64,000 nt of DNA from Thermoanaerobaculia bacterium (GTDB taxonomy: Bacteria; Acidobacteriota; Thermoanaerobaculia; Gp7-AA8): contig JBGTDX010000118.1 of NCBI GenBank assembly GCA_041748075.1, positions 66,730 through 130,729 of the forward strand, read 5' to 3'. Position 1 is the first letter of the stretch. Every line of letters starts with the position of its first letter. Below are positions 17,805 to 26,931 of the stretch, piece after piece. The notes below the pieces were generated by a model. It did not search any database. It was not told where the DNA came from and saw nothing but the letters and a program-made list of their open reading frames with translations. Made by a program: the position numbers and the translations under genes.

Positions 17805-20252
17805 ATGAACCGAAACAGACTGAAAGTCGCAACGACGCTACTTCTGCTGCTGCCTCTGCTTTCGTGTACGAGCTTCCGCTCGTATCAGAGCGCGAAAGAC
17901 TTCGAAGAGCAGGGCAAGTGGGACGAGGCGATCGTCGAATACCAGAAGGCACTCGAGGTCGATCCCAACAACGTCCGCTACAAAATGGCGCTCGACAGGA
18001 GCAAGCTGGAAGCTTCGCGCGCACACTTCGAGAAGGGCAAATCGCTCCGCGCGGCTGCAATCGAAGCGCGAAACCGGGGAGAGGCTGCGCGAGCGCTGCA
18101 GCTCAACGAGCTCGCGCTGGTCGAGTTCGAGCTCGTCGTCAGACTGGATTCCACAAACCAGTTTGCCGCGGTCGAGTATGCGAAAGTCGTCTCCGCGATT
18201 CAGGAAGCAACGGCCGCAGCAAACGGTCCGACCTTCGAAGAGCGCAAGCGCGCGGTCGTCACCAAGGCGCAGCCGCCACAACTCAACCCAACCTCGCTCG
18301 AGCCGATCTCACTGTCGTTCCCCCGCCCCACTCCAATCAAGGACATCTACCGTTCCCTCGGCAATGCGTTCGGCATCAACATCATCTTCGATCAGGGGGT
18401 CAAGGATGAAGAGCGCATCTCGATCGAGCTGCGGGACGTCACCGCGCAGCAGGCGCTCGAGCGCGTCATGCAGGCCGGCAATCAGTTCTACAAGGTCCTC
18501 GACGAGAAGACGCTCATCGTCATCCCCGACACACCACAGACCCGGCGTGACTACGAAGATCTCGTCATCCGTACGTTCTACCTTTCCAACGGAGATGCCG
18601 AGCAGGTGACCAACGTCGTCAGGACGATGATCGAAGCACGGAACGTATTTCCGCTCAAAGCGCTCAACGCGATCACGATCCGCGACACCGCGGACAAAGT
18701 GCGGATCGCAGAGAAGATCATCGAAGCAAACGACAAGGCGCGTGCAGAAGTCGTCGTGCAGGTCGAGCTTCTGCAGGTCGACGCCCGCAAGCTGCGCGAC
18801 ATCGGCCTCAAACTCGGCGCCTACAGCACGAGTGGCGCGTTGACCGACGCGGCCGGCGGCACGATCGGAAGCCTCCCGTACGGGGAGCTGGGCAACATCG
18901 CGCTGAACGATTTCAACTTCACGATTCCCACGCTCAGCTATACGCTCCTGAAGAACAACACCGACGCGCGGCTTCTCGCACGGCCGCAGCTGCGGATCTC
19001 CGAGGGTGAGGACGCAACGCTGCACATCGGCCAGAAACAGCCCATTCCCGTCTCGACGCTCTTCACGAACGTCGGCGTCGGCGGCGGATTCAACCAGGGT
19101 CCCATCACCTCGTTCCAGTACCAGGACGTAGGAATCAAGATCGCGATCACGCCGCGCGTCCATCACAACCGCGAAGTCTCGTTGAAGCTCACCGTCGAGG
19201 TGTCGAACATCGCGGGATTCGTTCCAGGCGGCGGAGAAAACTCTCCCGATCAGCCGATCATCGGAACCCGCACCATCCAGTCGACCATCCGACTCAAGGA
19301 CGGTGAGACGAACCTTCTCGCAGGCCTGATCCGGGAAGACGACTCGATCACCAAAGACGACATCCCCTTCCTGTCTGACCTTCCGGTCATCGGACGGCTG
19401 TTCAGCAGGGAACAGAACAACGTAGCGACCACGGACGTGGTCCTCACCATGACCCCGCACATCATCCGCATCCCCGACATCACGGACGAGGATCTCGCGC
19501 CGATGTGGGTCGGAACGACGAACAATCTGACCTTCCGCGGGGTTTCGCCGCGGCTCGAGTCAAACGTTCAGGCGGATCCGTTCAACAACGTGCCCCGCAC
19601 GACCACCGCGACACAGGAGAACCCGCCGCCGTCGCAGGAGTTCTTCGCCCCGGGCCAGGTGCCGGCGACGCAGCCTCCGCCCTCATCACCCGTTCCACCC
19701 GCATCCGGACCGAGCGACGTCTTCCGCCAGCAGCCGCAGCCACCGCCTCCCGGAGGCGGAGCCAATGAGCCGCAGAATCCAGGTGTTCAACCGCCGCCGC
19801 CGGGAGCGTCGTCGATGAACCAAGAAGACTACCGGCTCAAATTCGCCCCGCGAATCGCTCCGCAGCCGTCGAGAATCGCGCTCGGTCCCGGCGAAGAAAA
19901 GGTCTGGTCGATCGTTGCGATGGATGTAGCGGAGCTTGCGATCCCGCAGATGGTGCTGCACTACGACCCGCTCGCGATGGACATCGCTGGCTTTTCGCTG
20001 GGCACGGCACTCGAGATCAACCCTGAAGTTCCGCCGGTCGTATCGATCGACCGGGCGAATGGAACGATTCGCATCAGCTCGTCCGACGGCAGCATGCTCC
20101 AGTTCCGCTCCGGCGGTGAGGTCGTCGCCTTCCGGGTGCGGGGCGGCGTAACAGGCGACACGATGCTCGTGATCGAACCGCTCGCGTTCTCGCAACGCAA
20201 CGGCGAGCGCGTCGACGTTGCCGTCGCCGGCGGCTCGGCCCGGGTGGAGTAA
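17805..20252 (+). CDS. Secretin (PilQ/GspD family) lipoprotein with an N-terminal TPR-like segment and a about 260-aa C-terminal extension.
   Basis: Lipobox LLLLLPLLSC. Secretin core LLARPQLRISEGEDATLHIGQKQPIP...IIGTRTIQSTIRLKDGETNLLAGLI...DIPFLSDLPVIGRLFS...VVLTMTPHIIR. The Pro-rich linker and extra beta domain that follow are detailed in the secretin finding. Confidence 0.85.
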   Translation: MNRNRLKVATTLLLLLPLLSCTSFRSYQSAKDFEEQGKWDEAIVEYQKALEVDPNNVRYKMALDRSKLEASRAHFEKGKSLRAAAIEARNRGEAARALQLNELALVEFELVVRLDSTNQFAAVEYAKVVSAIQEATAAANGPTFEERKRAVVTKAQPPQLNPTSLEPISLSFPRPTPIKDIYRSLGNAFGINIIFDQGVKDEERISIELRDVTAQQALERVMQAGNQFYKVLDEKTLIVIPDTPQTRRDYEDLVIRTFYLSNGDAEQVTNVVRTMIEARNVFPLKALNAITIRDTADKVRIAEKIIEANDKARAEVVVQVELLQVDARKLRDIGLKLGAYSTSGALTDAAGGTIGSLPYGELGNIALNDFNFTIPTLSYTLLKNNTDARLLARPQLRISEGEDATLHIGQKQPIPVSTLFTNVGVGGGFNQGPITSFQYQDVGIKIAITPRVHHNREVSLKLTVEVSNIAGFVPGGGENSPDQPIIGTRTIQSTIRLKDGETNLLAGLIREDDSITKDDIPFLSDLPVIGRLFSREQNNVATTDVVLTMTPHIIRIPDITDEDLAPMWVGTTNNLTFRGVSPRLESNVQADPFNNVPRTTTATQENPPPSQEFFAPGQVPATQPPPSSPVPPASGPSDVFRQQPQPPPPGGGANEPQNPGVQPPPPGASSMNQEDYRLKFAPRIAPQPSRIALGPGEEKVWSIVAMDVAELAIPQMVLHYDPLAMDIAGFSLGTALEINPEVPPVVSIDRANGTIRISSSDGSMLQFRSGGEVVAFRVRGGVTGDTMLVIEPLAFSQRNGERVDVAVAGGSARVE

Positions 20253-20263
20253 CCAGCCAGCTC

Positions 20264-20737
20264 ATGTTCCGAAAGGTTAACGGAGAAAACGGATTCACAG
20301 TCGCCGAGCTCATTACGGTCGTGGCAATCATCGGCCTGCTCGCGGGGATGGCGATTCCGGTCGCAAAGTTCGGATTCCAGAGGCAGAAGGAGATCGAGCT
20401 CCGGAACAGACTTCGCAAGATCACCGATGCGATCGACCGCTACCACGACCTGCGGGTCAAGGGACTGATCAAAGAGCAGGTAACCCTCGGACAGGGCGAG
20501 TATCCGAAAGATCTTCAGCAGCTTGTCGAAGGCGTCGAGTTGATGGACGGAAAGAAAGTAAAGTTCCTGCGCGAGCGCGATCTGATCGACCCGATGACCG
20601 GCAGAAAAGAATGGTTCACCAGATCGAATACCGACGACTTCGATTCCATGAGCTCCGACAACAACAACGTCTTCGAAGTGCGATCGACCTCGACGAAACT
20701 CTCGCTGGACGGCAAGACGCGGTACAACGAATGGTGA
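20264..20737 (+). CDS. GspG/PulG-like type IV pilin (pilin 1).
   Basis: MFRKVNGENG|FTVAELITVVAIIGLLAGMAIPV is a canonical 10-aa leader plus N-methyl-Phe helix. Confidence 0.75.
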   Translation: MFRKVNGENGFTVAELITVVAIIGLLAGMAIPVAKFGFQRQKEIELRNRLRKITDAIDRYHDLRVKGLIKEQVTLGQGEYPKDLQQLVEGVELMDGKKVKFLRERDLIDPMTGRKEWFTRSNTDDFDSMSSDNNNVFEVRSTSTKLSLDGKTRYNEW

Positions 20738-20742
20738 AACTG

Positions 20743-21324
20743 ATGCCTGAAACTCGACGTGACGGTTGTGGGTTGTGGGTTGTGGGTTGTGGGACCGCCC
20801 GGACCCCACACAAACCCCAACTCACAACTCACAACTCACAACTCACAACCGGCCGGGCGGCGGCACCCACAACCCACAACCCACAACCCACAACCGGTCG
20901 GGCGGCCGGCTTCACCCTCATCGAGCTTCTCGTGGTCGTCACCATCGTCGGACTGCTCGCGGGCATCGCCGTCGTCAACGTCCTCGGGGCGCAGCGGAAG
21001 GCGGCGGAGAACGTGCTGAAAGCGGATCTCGCCCTGATGCGTCAGGGCATCGACAACTTCTACGCCGACAAACAGCGGTATCCCTCATCGCTCGAAGAGC
21101 TCGTCGAGGCGAAGTACATGCGCAGGATCCCCGTCGATCCGATCACGAAATCGGCCGACACATGGATCCCTGTCACCGAGGAAGTCGAGTTCGATGGAGG
21201 CGGCTTCGGGGGCAGTTTCGGCAGTGATTTCGATTATGACGCGCCCACGGGCCCCGGCATCGCCGACGTGAAGAGCGGCGCCGAGGGAGAAACCCTCGAT
21301 GGCGTGCCGTACGGGGAACTGTAA
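20743..21324 (+). CDS. GspG-like pseudopilin (pilin 2) with an unusually long, repeat-encoded leader. Start uncertain (ATG 20731 or 20743, or TTG/GTG 20770/20779).
   Basis: ORF track frame 20611..21324. Mature start ...TTGRAAG|FTLIELLVVVTIVGLLAGIAV at nt about 20908. There is no start codon between the repeat hairpin and the cleavage site, so the leader (about 40-56 aa) reads ...TTHNSQLTT...PTTHNPQPTT through the heptamer arrays. Confidence 0.55.
   Translation: MPETRRDGCGLWVVGCGTARTPHKPQLTTHNSQLTTGRAAAPTTHNPQPTTGRAAGFTLIELLVVVTIVGLLAGIAVVNVLGAQRKAAENVLKADLALMRQGIDNFYADKQRYPSSLEELVEAKYMRRIPVDPITKSADTWIPVTEEVEFDGGGFGGSFGSDFDYDAPTGPGIADVKSGAEGETLDGVPYGEL
20765..20894. repeat. Inverted arrays of heptanucleotide tandem repeats: (GTTGTGG)x4 ... 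(AACTCAC)x4 ... (CCCACAA)x4, forming an imperfect about 40-bp stem hairpin.
   Basis: Arrays seen at 20765-20792, 20819-20846 and 20866-20893. The flanking gaccgcccggacc / ggccgggcggc are also complementary. The whole structure is in-frame inside the leader of pilin 2. Confidence 0.9.
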
Positions 21325-21332
21325 GGTTTAGA

Positions 21333-21477
21333 GAACGGAATGTTGAATGTTGAATGTTGAATGTTGAATGAGCCCGCTTTCAAAGATTCTCGCGTGTGAC
21401 GAATGTTATGGATGCCCGCAGAAAAAACCTGCGCGGACCCATTCAACATTCAACATTCAACATTCAACATTCCGTTC
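21333..21477. repeat. Perfect 38-bp inverted repeat built from (ATGTTGA)x4+ATG and (TCAACAT)x4, separated by a 69-nt loop.
   Basis: gaacggaATGTTGAATGTTGAATGTTGAATGTTGAATG (21333-21370) is exactly complementary to CATTCAACATTCAACATTCAACATTCAACATtccgttc (21440-21477). The only usable start codon of pilin 3 (21368) is the last ATG of the left arm. Confidence 0.95.
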
Positions 21478-22099
21478 TAAAAATGTAAGAAATCAACAAG
21501 GCTTTACCTTAGCCTCCCTCCTCGTCATCCTGACCGTGATGTCGGTCATCCTCGCCTTCTCCGTCCCGCGCATGTGGTCCGACGTCATGCGAAGGGAGCG
21601 GGAGCAGCAGGCGGTCTGGGCGATGAAGCAGTACGCGCGCGCGATCACCGAGTATCAGAAAAAGCGCCGCGAGCTGCCGACGAAACTCGAGCAGCTCGAA
21701 GAGCAGACCGAGCCGCGAGTCATCCGCTCGCTCTATCCCAATCCATTCAGCGGAGAGCTCGACTGGGTTCCCGTGCCGCCGAGCACCGCCGTCCAGGTGC
21801 CCGGCCAGCCCGGCGCCCCTGGTGCGGGTCTTCCGACGCCGACGCCCGGATTGTTCCCTTCACCGTCGCCATCCCAGCCCGGGCTCAACCCGGGTACCGG
21901 ACTTCAGGGCGAATACTCCGGACCGATCGGCGGGGTCCGCCTCCCGCTGACGGGGCCGAGCATGATCGTTCTCAATGGTCAGGACCGGTACGAGAACTGG
22001 GTCTACACGATCACGGAGCTGGCGCAGGAGCAGAGTGGCGGTCCCGTCCAGGATCCGACGCGGGCGGCTCCGATTACACCGGGAAAGCCTAACCCATAA
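21368..22099 (+). CDS. GspG-like pseudopilin (pilin 3) with a Pro/Gly-rich C-terminal region. Its start codon lies inside the hairpin arm.
   Basis: MSPLSKILACDECYGCPQKKPARTHSTFNIQHSTFRSKNVRNQQG|FTLASLLVILTVMSVILAFSVP. The 45-aa leader is translated through the hairpin loop and right arm. Confidence 0.55.
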   Translation: MSPLSKILACDECYGCPQKKPARTHSTFNIQHSTFRSKNVRNQQGFTLASLLVILTVMSVILAFSVPRMWSDVMRREREQQAVWAMKQYARAITEYQKKRRELPTKLEQLEEQTEPRVIRSLYPNPFSGELDWVPVPPSTAVQVPGQPGAPGAGLPTPTPGLFPSPSPSQPGLNPGTGLQGEYSGPIGGVRLPLTGPSMIVLNGQDRYENWVYTITELAQEQSGGPVQDPTRAAPITPGKPNP

Positions 22100-22108
22100 A
22101 GCCCTCGT

Positions 22109-22192
22109 GTCATCCTGAGCGCAGCGAAGGATCCCCTGAGGACTTGCGGTAGCGCCTCGAGGCGGGGGATCCTTCGCTTCGCTCAGGTTGAC
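22109..22192. repeat. Family R1 palindromic element copy b (gtcatcctgagcgcagcgaaggatcccc ... ggggatccttcgcttcgctcaggttgac). Probable terminator after the pilin cluster.
   Basis: Seen directly, with about 27-bp arms. Confidence 0.8.
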
Positions 22193-22304
22193 ATCTTTGT
22201 CAGTTTGAGCTCCGAGTCCTAAAAACCGCTCCGGGACTCTCTCAAATGCACTAGTTCTGGAATGAATGGGTCGGCCAGAATTTCGCTCCTTCGAACTCCG
22301 TTGG

Positions 22305-23600
22305 ATGGTCTGCATGAGAAAGAACGAGAGCGAGATCGCCCGGCACGTGCTCCCCTCAGGGCTGACCGTGCTGGTCGAAACGCTGCCGCACGTTCGCTCC
22401 GTTGCGCTCGGGTATTACCTCCGGACCGGTTCCGCTGTCGAAACTGAAGATCGGTCCGGCGCATCGCACTTTCTCGAGCACCTGGTCTTCAAGGCAACCA
22501 ACCGCAGGAACACCACGCAGATCGCACAGGTGATCGACCTGCTGGGCGGCGAAGTGGACGCCTTCACGGGCAAGGAGTACACATCGTTCTACGCCCATGT
22601 TCTCGATGAACAGGTGGACATGGCACTCGATCTTCTGACGGACCTGGTGGCCGATCCGCTGCTCACCCAGGAAGACCTCGAGTCCGAACGGGGTGTCGTA
22701 CTCGAAGAGATCCGGATGGTCGAGGACACGCCCGACGATCTGGTACACGAGATGTTCGTGACGACTTTCTGGCCCGGTCATCCCCTCGGACGACCCATCC
22801 TCGGGACGGAAGAGACGGTGAACAACCTCCAGCGCGAGCAGATCTTCGAGCACTATAGGGAGACGTTCCACCCGTCGAACATGATCTTCTGCGCGTCCGG
22901 CAACGTGCGCCCTTCGCAACTGCTCCCCTATCTCGAAAAGGCGTTTCCGGCCTCGGGAAGCGGACCGGTGCGTCTCGACTGGCCTCCGCCGATGCCTCAC
23001 CAGCACGTGCAGCTTCGTGAGAAGCGGGAGCTCGAGCAGGTACACCTCTGCCTGGGGAGCAAAGGCTTCCCCCAGCAGGGACTCGAGCGCTACTCCGCCG
23101 CGCTGCTCAACACGATTCTCGGCGGTGGGATGTCATCGCGGCTGTTCCAGAGAGTGCGGGAGAAAGAGGGACTCGTCTACACGGTCACCTCGTACCATAC
23201 CGGCTATCTCCACGGAGGCTACGAGGCGGTCTACGCTGCGTGCAACCCGAAGAACCTTCGGCGCGTGCTCGATCTGACGCTCGAGGAGATGCGCAAGATC
23301 AAGGTGGAAGGTGCAACTGCCGAGGAGTTGTCGGCTGCGAAGCGGCACCTGAAGGGATCGATTCTGCTGTCACTCGAATCGACCATCAGCCGGATGTCGG
23401 GAATCGCGCGGCAGGAGTATTACTTCGGCCGCCAGTTCTCACCCGACGACATCATTGCGCACATCGACGCCGTGACGCTGGACAACATACAGTCCGTCGC
23501 GCAGGCGATCGTCGATCCGGATTCGCTGTCGCTGACGCTGCTGGGAAATCTGCGCAAGCCGGGTATTTCCACCGAGGCGCTCAAGCAGGCCGTGGCTTAG
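22305..23600 (+). CDS. M16-family zinc peptidase (pitrilysin/insulinase-like).
   Basis: Inverted zinc motif HFLEHLVFKAT (HxxEH), followed by a downstream Glu-rich region. Confidence 0.8.
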   Translation: MVCMRKNESEIARHVLPSGLTVLVETLPHVRSVALGYYLRTGSAVETEDRSGASHFLEHLVFKATNRRNTTQIAQVIDLLGGEVDAFTGKEYTSFYAHVLDEQVDMALDLLTDLVADPLLTQEDLESERGVVLEEIRMVEDTPDDLVHEMFVTTFWPGHPLGRPILGTEETVNNLQREQIFEHYRETFHPSNMIFCASGNVRPSQLLPYLEKAFPASGSGPVRLDWPPPMPHQHVQLREKRELEQVHLCLGSKGFPQQGLERYSAALLNTILGGGMSSRLFQRVREKEGLVYTVTSYHTGYLHGGYEAVYAACNPKNLRRVLDLTLEEMRKIKVEGATAEELSAAKRHLKGSILLSLESTISRMSGIARQEYYFGRQFSPDDIIAHIDAVTLDNIQSVAQAIVDPDSLSLTLLGNLRKPGISTEALKQAVA

Positions 23601-23706
23601 AGGCACTGACGCTTCAGTGTCTTAACAGCGTTTCTCCACCATGATACGCGCCGTCATTGTCGAGCTCGGAATGACGCTCCAATTCTAACTGCGCTCTCGC
23701 AGCCCC

Positions 23707-24963
23707 TCAGGGCGTGTCGACGAACTCCACGGTCACTCCCTTGTCGACGATGCGGGCAAGGTCGCGCGCTTCCCAGTTCGGAAGTCTCACGCATCCGGCC
23801 GACGACGCGTAGCCGATCGATTCGGGATCGGACGTGCCGTGGATTCCGAAATGCGGCTTGCTCAGAGCCATCCAGACGATGCCGACCGGAGAGTTTGGAC
23901 CCGGCTTCAGATGCGCCTCGGCCTCGCTGTCATCGACGTGCGCGAATAGCTTCGGCTGGTAGTGAAAATGGGGATCGTGCGCGATCGCAGTGATGTTCAA
24001 CGTCTCGTTCGGTGACGGATCGTATTCGGATCCTACGGTGGTCGGCGAGTGACGGATCATGTTGCCCGAGGCGTCCATCGCGTGAAGGTAGTTGCCCTTG
24101 ACCGAGACGACGATCTTCGCGACGCTCTTCGTCGCGTTCTCGGGTCGCGGCGGGTTGACGTTGGGCACGAGGATCTGGGCCCCCGCCTGGAGCGTGTCGA
24201 TATCGACTCCGGGATTCAGCCGCACCAGCATGGCCGGGGACACGTGAAAGCGCTCGCCGAGTTTCTCGGTGAGCGTCTCGTAACAGAGGCAATCGAGCTT
24301 CTCCTTCTCGTAGACATCTTCCGGTATCTTTGTGAACGGGCCCGAGACGTCATCTGCGGTCAGGGTGTGCTGGACGAGCGCCGGACCGTTGGCGCGGCCA
24401 GCAAGAAGGCGGAAGGTCTGCTCGTCTATGGTTCCGGTCGGTGGAATGCCCTCTTCACGCTGAAACCAGTGAACCGCGATTTCCGAGTTCTTTCCCCATC
24501 GCCCATCGATGCTTCCGGGAGAGAAATTCGCCCGATCGAGGAGTACCTGAGCCCGGAGGACGGACGGGCCGCGGACATCTCCGGTGATCGGGACCGTCAC
24601 GGGCAGTGACTCGATAGCGGCAAAATCGACTCCGTCAAAGCTCTCTGTGACGCCAGCAGCCGGGCGAAACTGAATATTCTGCGCCGCGGGCGTAGAGGGT
24701 GCCGGTTGCTGGGCACGAACGGCCTGTTCGGCGCGGAACGACTGCAGATCCCGCCACTGTGCATCGAAGCGTTCCCGTTCCATCTGCTCCTGATTCGGAG
24801 GAGCGCCGACCGGCGCCGAAGTCTCGAATCGTTCCCGGACCGCCTGTCCGGTGCTCTGGGCCGCCTCGTTGACCCTGCTCATGGTATCGCTGGTGGTCGA
24901 CTCTCTGCTGCAGCCGAGTGTCACAACGAGCAACGCCGGCATGATCAGTTTTCTGTAGTTCAT
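23707..24963 (-). CDS. L,D-transpeptidase (YkuD) lipoprotein with a peptidoglycan-binding domain.
   Basis: Lipobox MNYRKLIMPALLVVTLGCS. PG-binding-like DGRWGKNSEIAVHWFQREEGIPPTG. Catalytic HG(T)...SAGCVRLPN. Shine-Dalgarno GAGGTGA upstream of ATG 24963. Confidence 0.8.
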   Translation of the reverse strand: MNYRKLIMPALLVVTLGCSRESTTSDTMSRVNEAAQSTGQAVRERFETSAPVGAPPNQEQMERERFDAQWRDLQSFRAEQAVRAQQPAPSTPAAQNIQFRPAAGVTESFDGVDFAAIESLPVTVPITGDVRGPSVLRAQVLLDRANFSPGSIDGRWGKNSEIAVHWFQREEGIPPTGTIDEQTFRLLAGRANGPALVQHTLTADDVSGPFTKIPEDVYEKEKLDCLCYETLTEKLGERFHVSPAMLVRLNPGVDIDTLQAGAQILVPNVNPPRPENATKSVAKIVVSVKGNYLHAMDASGNMIRHSPTTVGSEYDPSPNETLNITAIAHDPHFHYQPKLFAHVDDSEAEAHLKPGPNSPVGIVWMALSKPHFGIHGTSDPESIGYASSAGCVRLPNWEARDLARIVDKGVTVEFVDTP

Positions 24964-25167
24964 GGTGGTGTTCCCTTTCACCTCGTGTACAAAGCAAGGA
25001 TGCTGCCCACGGATGAGGTTCCCGGTTCTGGGTCTGGGTTCCGGCAGTTCCGGGAGAGTCGAATCGTTTCGGCCACGTGACATCAGTTCGATGATGAGTG
25101 CATCATTGAAATCGCAAATCAAAGAAGGACGTCTTCCCAAGCCAGAACCCGGAACCCAGAACCCAAA

Positions 25168-26898
25168 ATGATCAGTTACCTGAAAGTCAGAAACCTCGCC
25201 ATCGTGGAGGAGTTCGCGATCGAGCCGGGAAGTGCGCTGAATGTCCTGACCGGCGAGACGGGAGCGGGCAAGTCTCTGCTGATCGATTCCCTGGAGTTTC
25301 TCAGCGGCGCCCGCGGATCTTCGGACTCGATCCGTTCCGGGGCTGAAAAGATGAGCGCCGAGGCCATCTTTCACCTTCCCGGTGAGACGGGGCAGCTGAT
25401 GGCCGTCCGCGGAATCGAGATGGACGAATCGGGAGAACTGATCGTTCGCCGCGAGATCTCCACGAATGGGAGAGGTCGCGTTCTGCTCAACGGATCCCCG
25501 GTTGCCGTTCGGGACCTGGTCGGTGCAATGGAATCAATCATCGAAATCCATGGTCAGAACGAATCCCACCAGCGGATTGCCGGACAGTCGTTTCGTGAGC
25601 TACTGGATCAGTACGGAGGCCATCGGGACCAGATCGATCGAACGGCATCGGCCTATCGAAGCTGGGGCGAGGCGCAGGCGCAGCTCGGAGAGTTGCGCGG
25701 GGCTGTCCGCGATCGGGAGCTCCGTCTCGACCTTCTGAAGTACCAGATTGACGAGATCGGCAAAGCGCGACTCGATCCCGCGGAGGAAGAAGAATTGCGG
25801 ACCGAGCGGACGCTGCTCACGCATTCCGGTGAGATCCTCACGGCGACCGCGGGCTCGTTCATGCTCCTGGATGAGGACGACAGCTCGGCGCTCGCTCAAA
25901 TAGGTCGCGCGCGCAGCCTGCTCCATCCGCTTTCGAGCCGGATCGAGAGTGTTGCCGGCATGGCCGAAGAGCTCGAAGAAATCCGCATTCGCCTGCAGGA
26001 ACTGTCCCGGTCACTCTCGGCTATGGGAGACTCGGTCCGCCACGATCCGCGGCGGCTCGATGAGATCGAAGACCGCCTCGCCCTGATCGAGCGGCTGAAA
26101 AAGAAATACGGCGGATCGATCGAGGAGGTTCTCAGGCACTTTCAGAAGAGCAGCGAGGAGCTCGAGCAACTGAACGATCATGAAATGGCGCTTGCGAAAC
26201 TCCAGACCGCGGAGTCGAAGGCCTTCGATTCATATGCCGATGCGGCCGGAAACCTCTCGGAGCGGCGGCGTACGGCTTCCGCGGAATTCCAGGCCGCGAT
26301 CCAGGCGGAGCTCGACGACCTCGCAATGGAACGAACGACCGTCCGGCTCGAGCTCACGACACTGGCAGCACGCGATTCGAGACTCATGCTCGACGGAAGA
26401 GAAACCGCGTTCGGCCCGGAGGGATATGACCGCATCGAAATTCTCATCGCTCCGAACCGCGGTGAAGAGCCCAGACCGATGCAGAAAATCGCATCCGGCG
26501 GCGAGCTCTCCCGCATCCAGCTCGCCATCGCCGCGGCGCTCTTCAAACACTCGCCGCACAGCGCCGCGGCAACTCTGGTTTTCGATGAGATCGATGCCGG
26601 AATCGGTGGCGCCGTCGCCGAAGTCGTGGGGCGGAAACTTCGCGAGCTGGCGGCTGCGAACCAGGTGATCTGTGTAACTCATCTTCCCCAGATTGCCGGC
26701 TTCGGTTCGACGCACTTCAGAGTCTGGAAGGAAGATTCCGCCGGACACACCAGAGCGCGCATCGCGAGGCTCGATTCCGCGGAAGAGCGGGTCGATGAGA
26801 TCGCCCGGATGCTCGGCGGCACGTCGGTCACCGAATCCGCGAAAGCTCATGCCCGCGAGCTGCTCGAACGCGGCCAGGCCGCGTCCCAGCCGGCGTAG
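25168..26898 (+). CDS. recN: DNA repair protein RecN.
   Basis: MISYLKVRNLAIVEEFAIEPGSALNVLTGETGAGKSLLIDSL..., coiled-coil middle, C-terminal ...LVFDEIDAGIGG (SMC-like). Confidence 0.9.
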   Translation: MISYLKVRNLAIVEEFAIEPGSALNVLTGETGAGKSLLIDSLEFLSGARGSSDSIRSGAEKMSAEAIFHLPGETGQLMAVRGIEMDESGELIVRREISTNGRGRVLLNGSPVAVRDLVGAMESIIEIHGQNESHQRIAGQSFRELLDQYGGHRDQIDRTASAYRSWGEAQAQLGELRGAVRDRELRLDLLKYQIDEIGKARLDPAEEEELRTERTLLTHSGEILTATAGSFMLLDEDDSSALAQIGRARSLLHPLSSRIESVAGMAEELEEIRIRLQELSRSLSAMGDSVRHDPRRLDEIEDRLALIERLKKKYGGSIEEVLRHFQKSSEELEQLNDHEMALAKLQTAESKAFDSYADAAGNLSERRRTASAEFQAAIQAELDDLAMERTTVRLELTTLAARDSRLMLDGRETAFGPEGYDRIEILIAPNRGEEPRPMQKIASGGELSRIQLAIAAALFKHSPHSAAATLVFDEIDAGIGGAVAEVVGRKLRELAAANQVICVTHLPQIAGFGSTHFRVWKEDSAGHTRARIARLDSAEERVDEIARMLGGTSVTESAKAHARELLERGQAASQPA

Positions 26899-26931
26899 CG
26901 TCGTCGGCCTGTGCGGTATCCTTTCCATCCG

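Noticed and set aside
20765-21477. CRISPR array as an explanation for the short tandem repeats
   Set aside because: The units are 7 nt, contiguous (no spacers), and arranged as inverted complementary arrays. This is not CRISPR geometry, and no cas genes are present.
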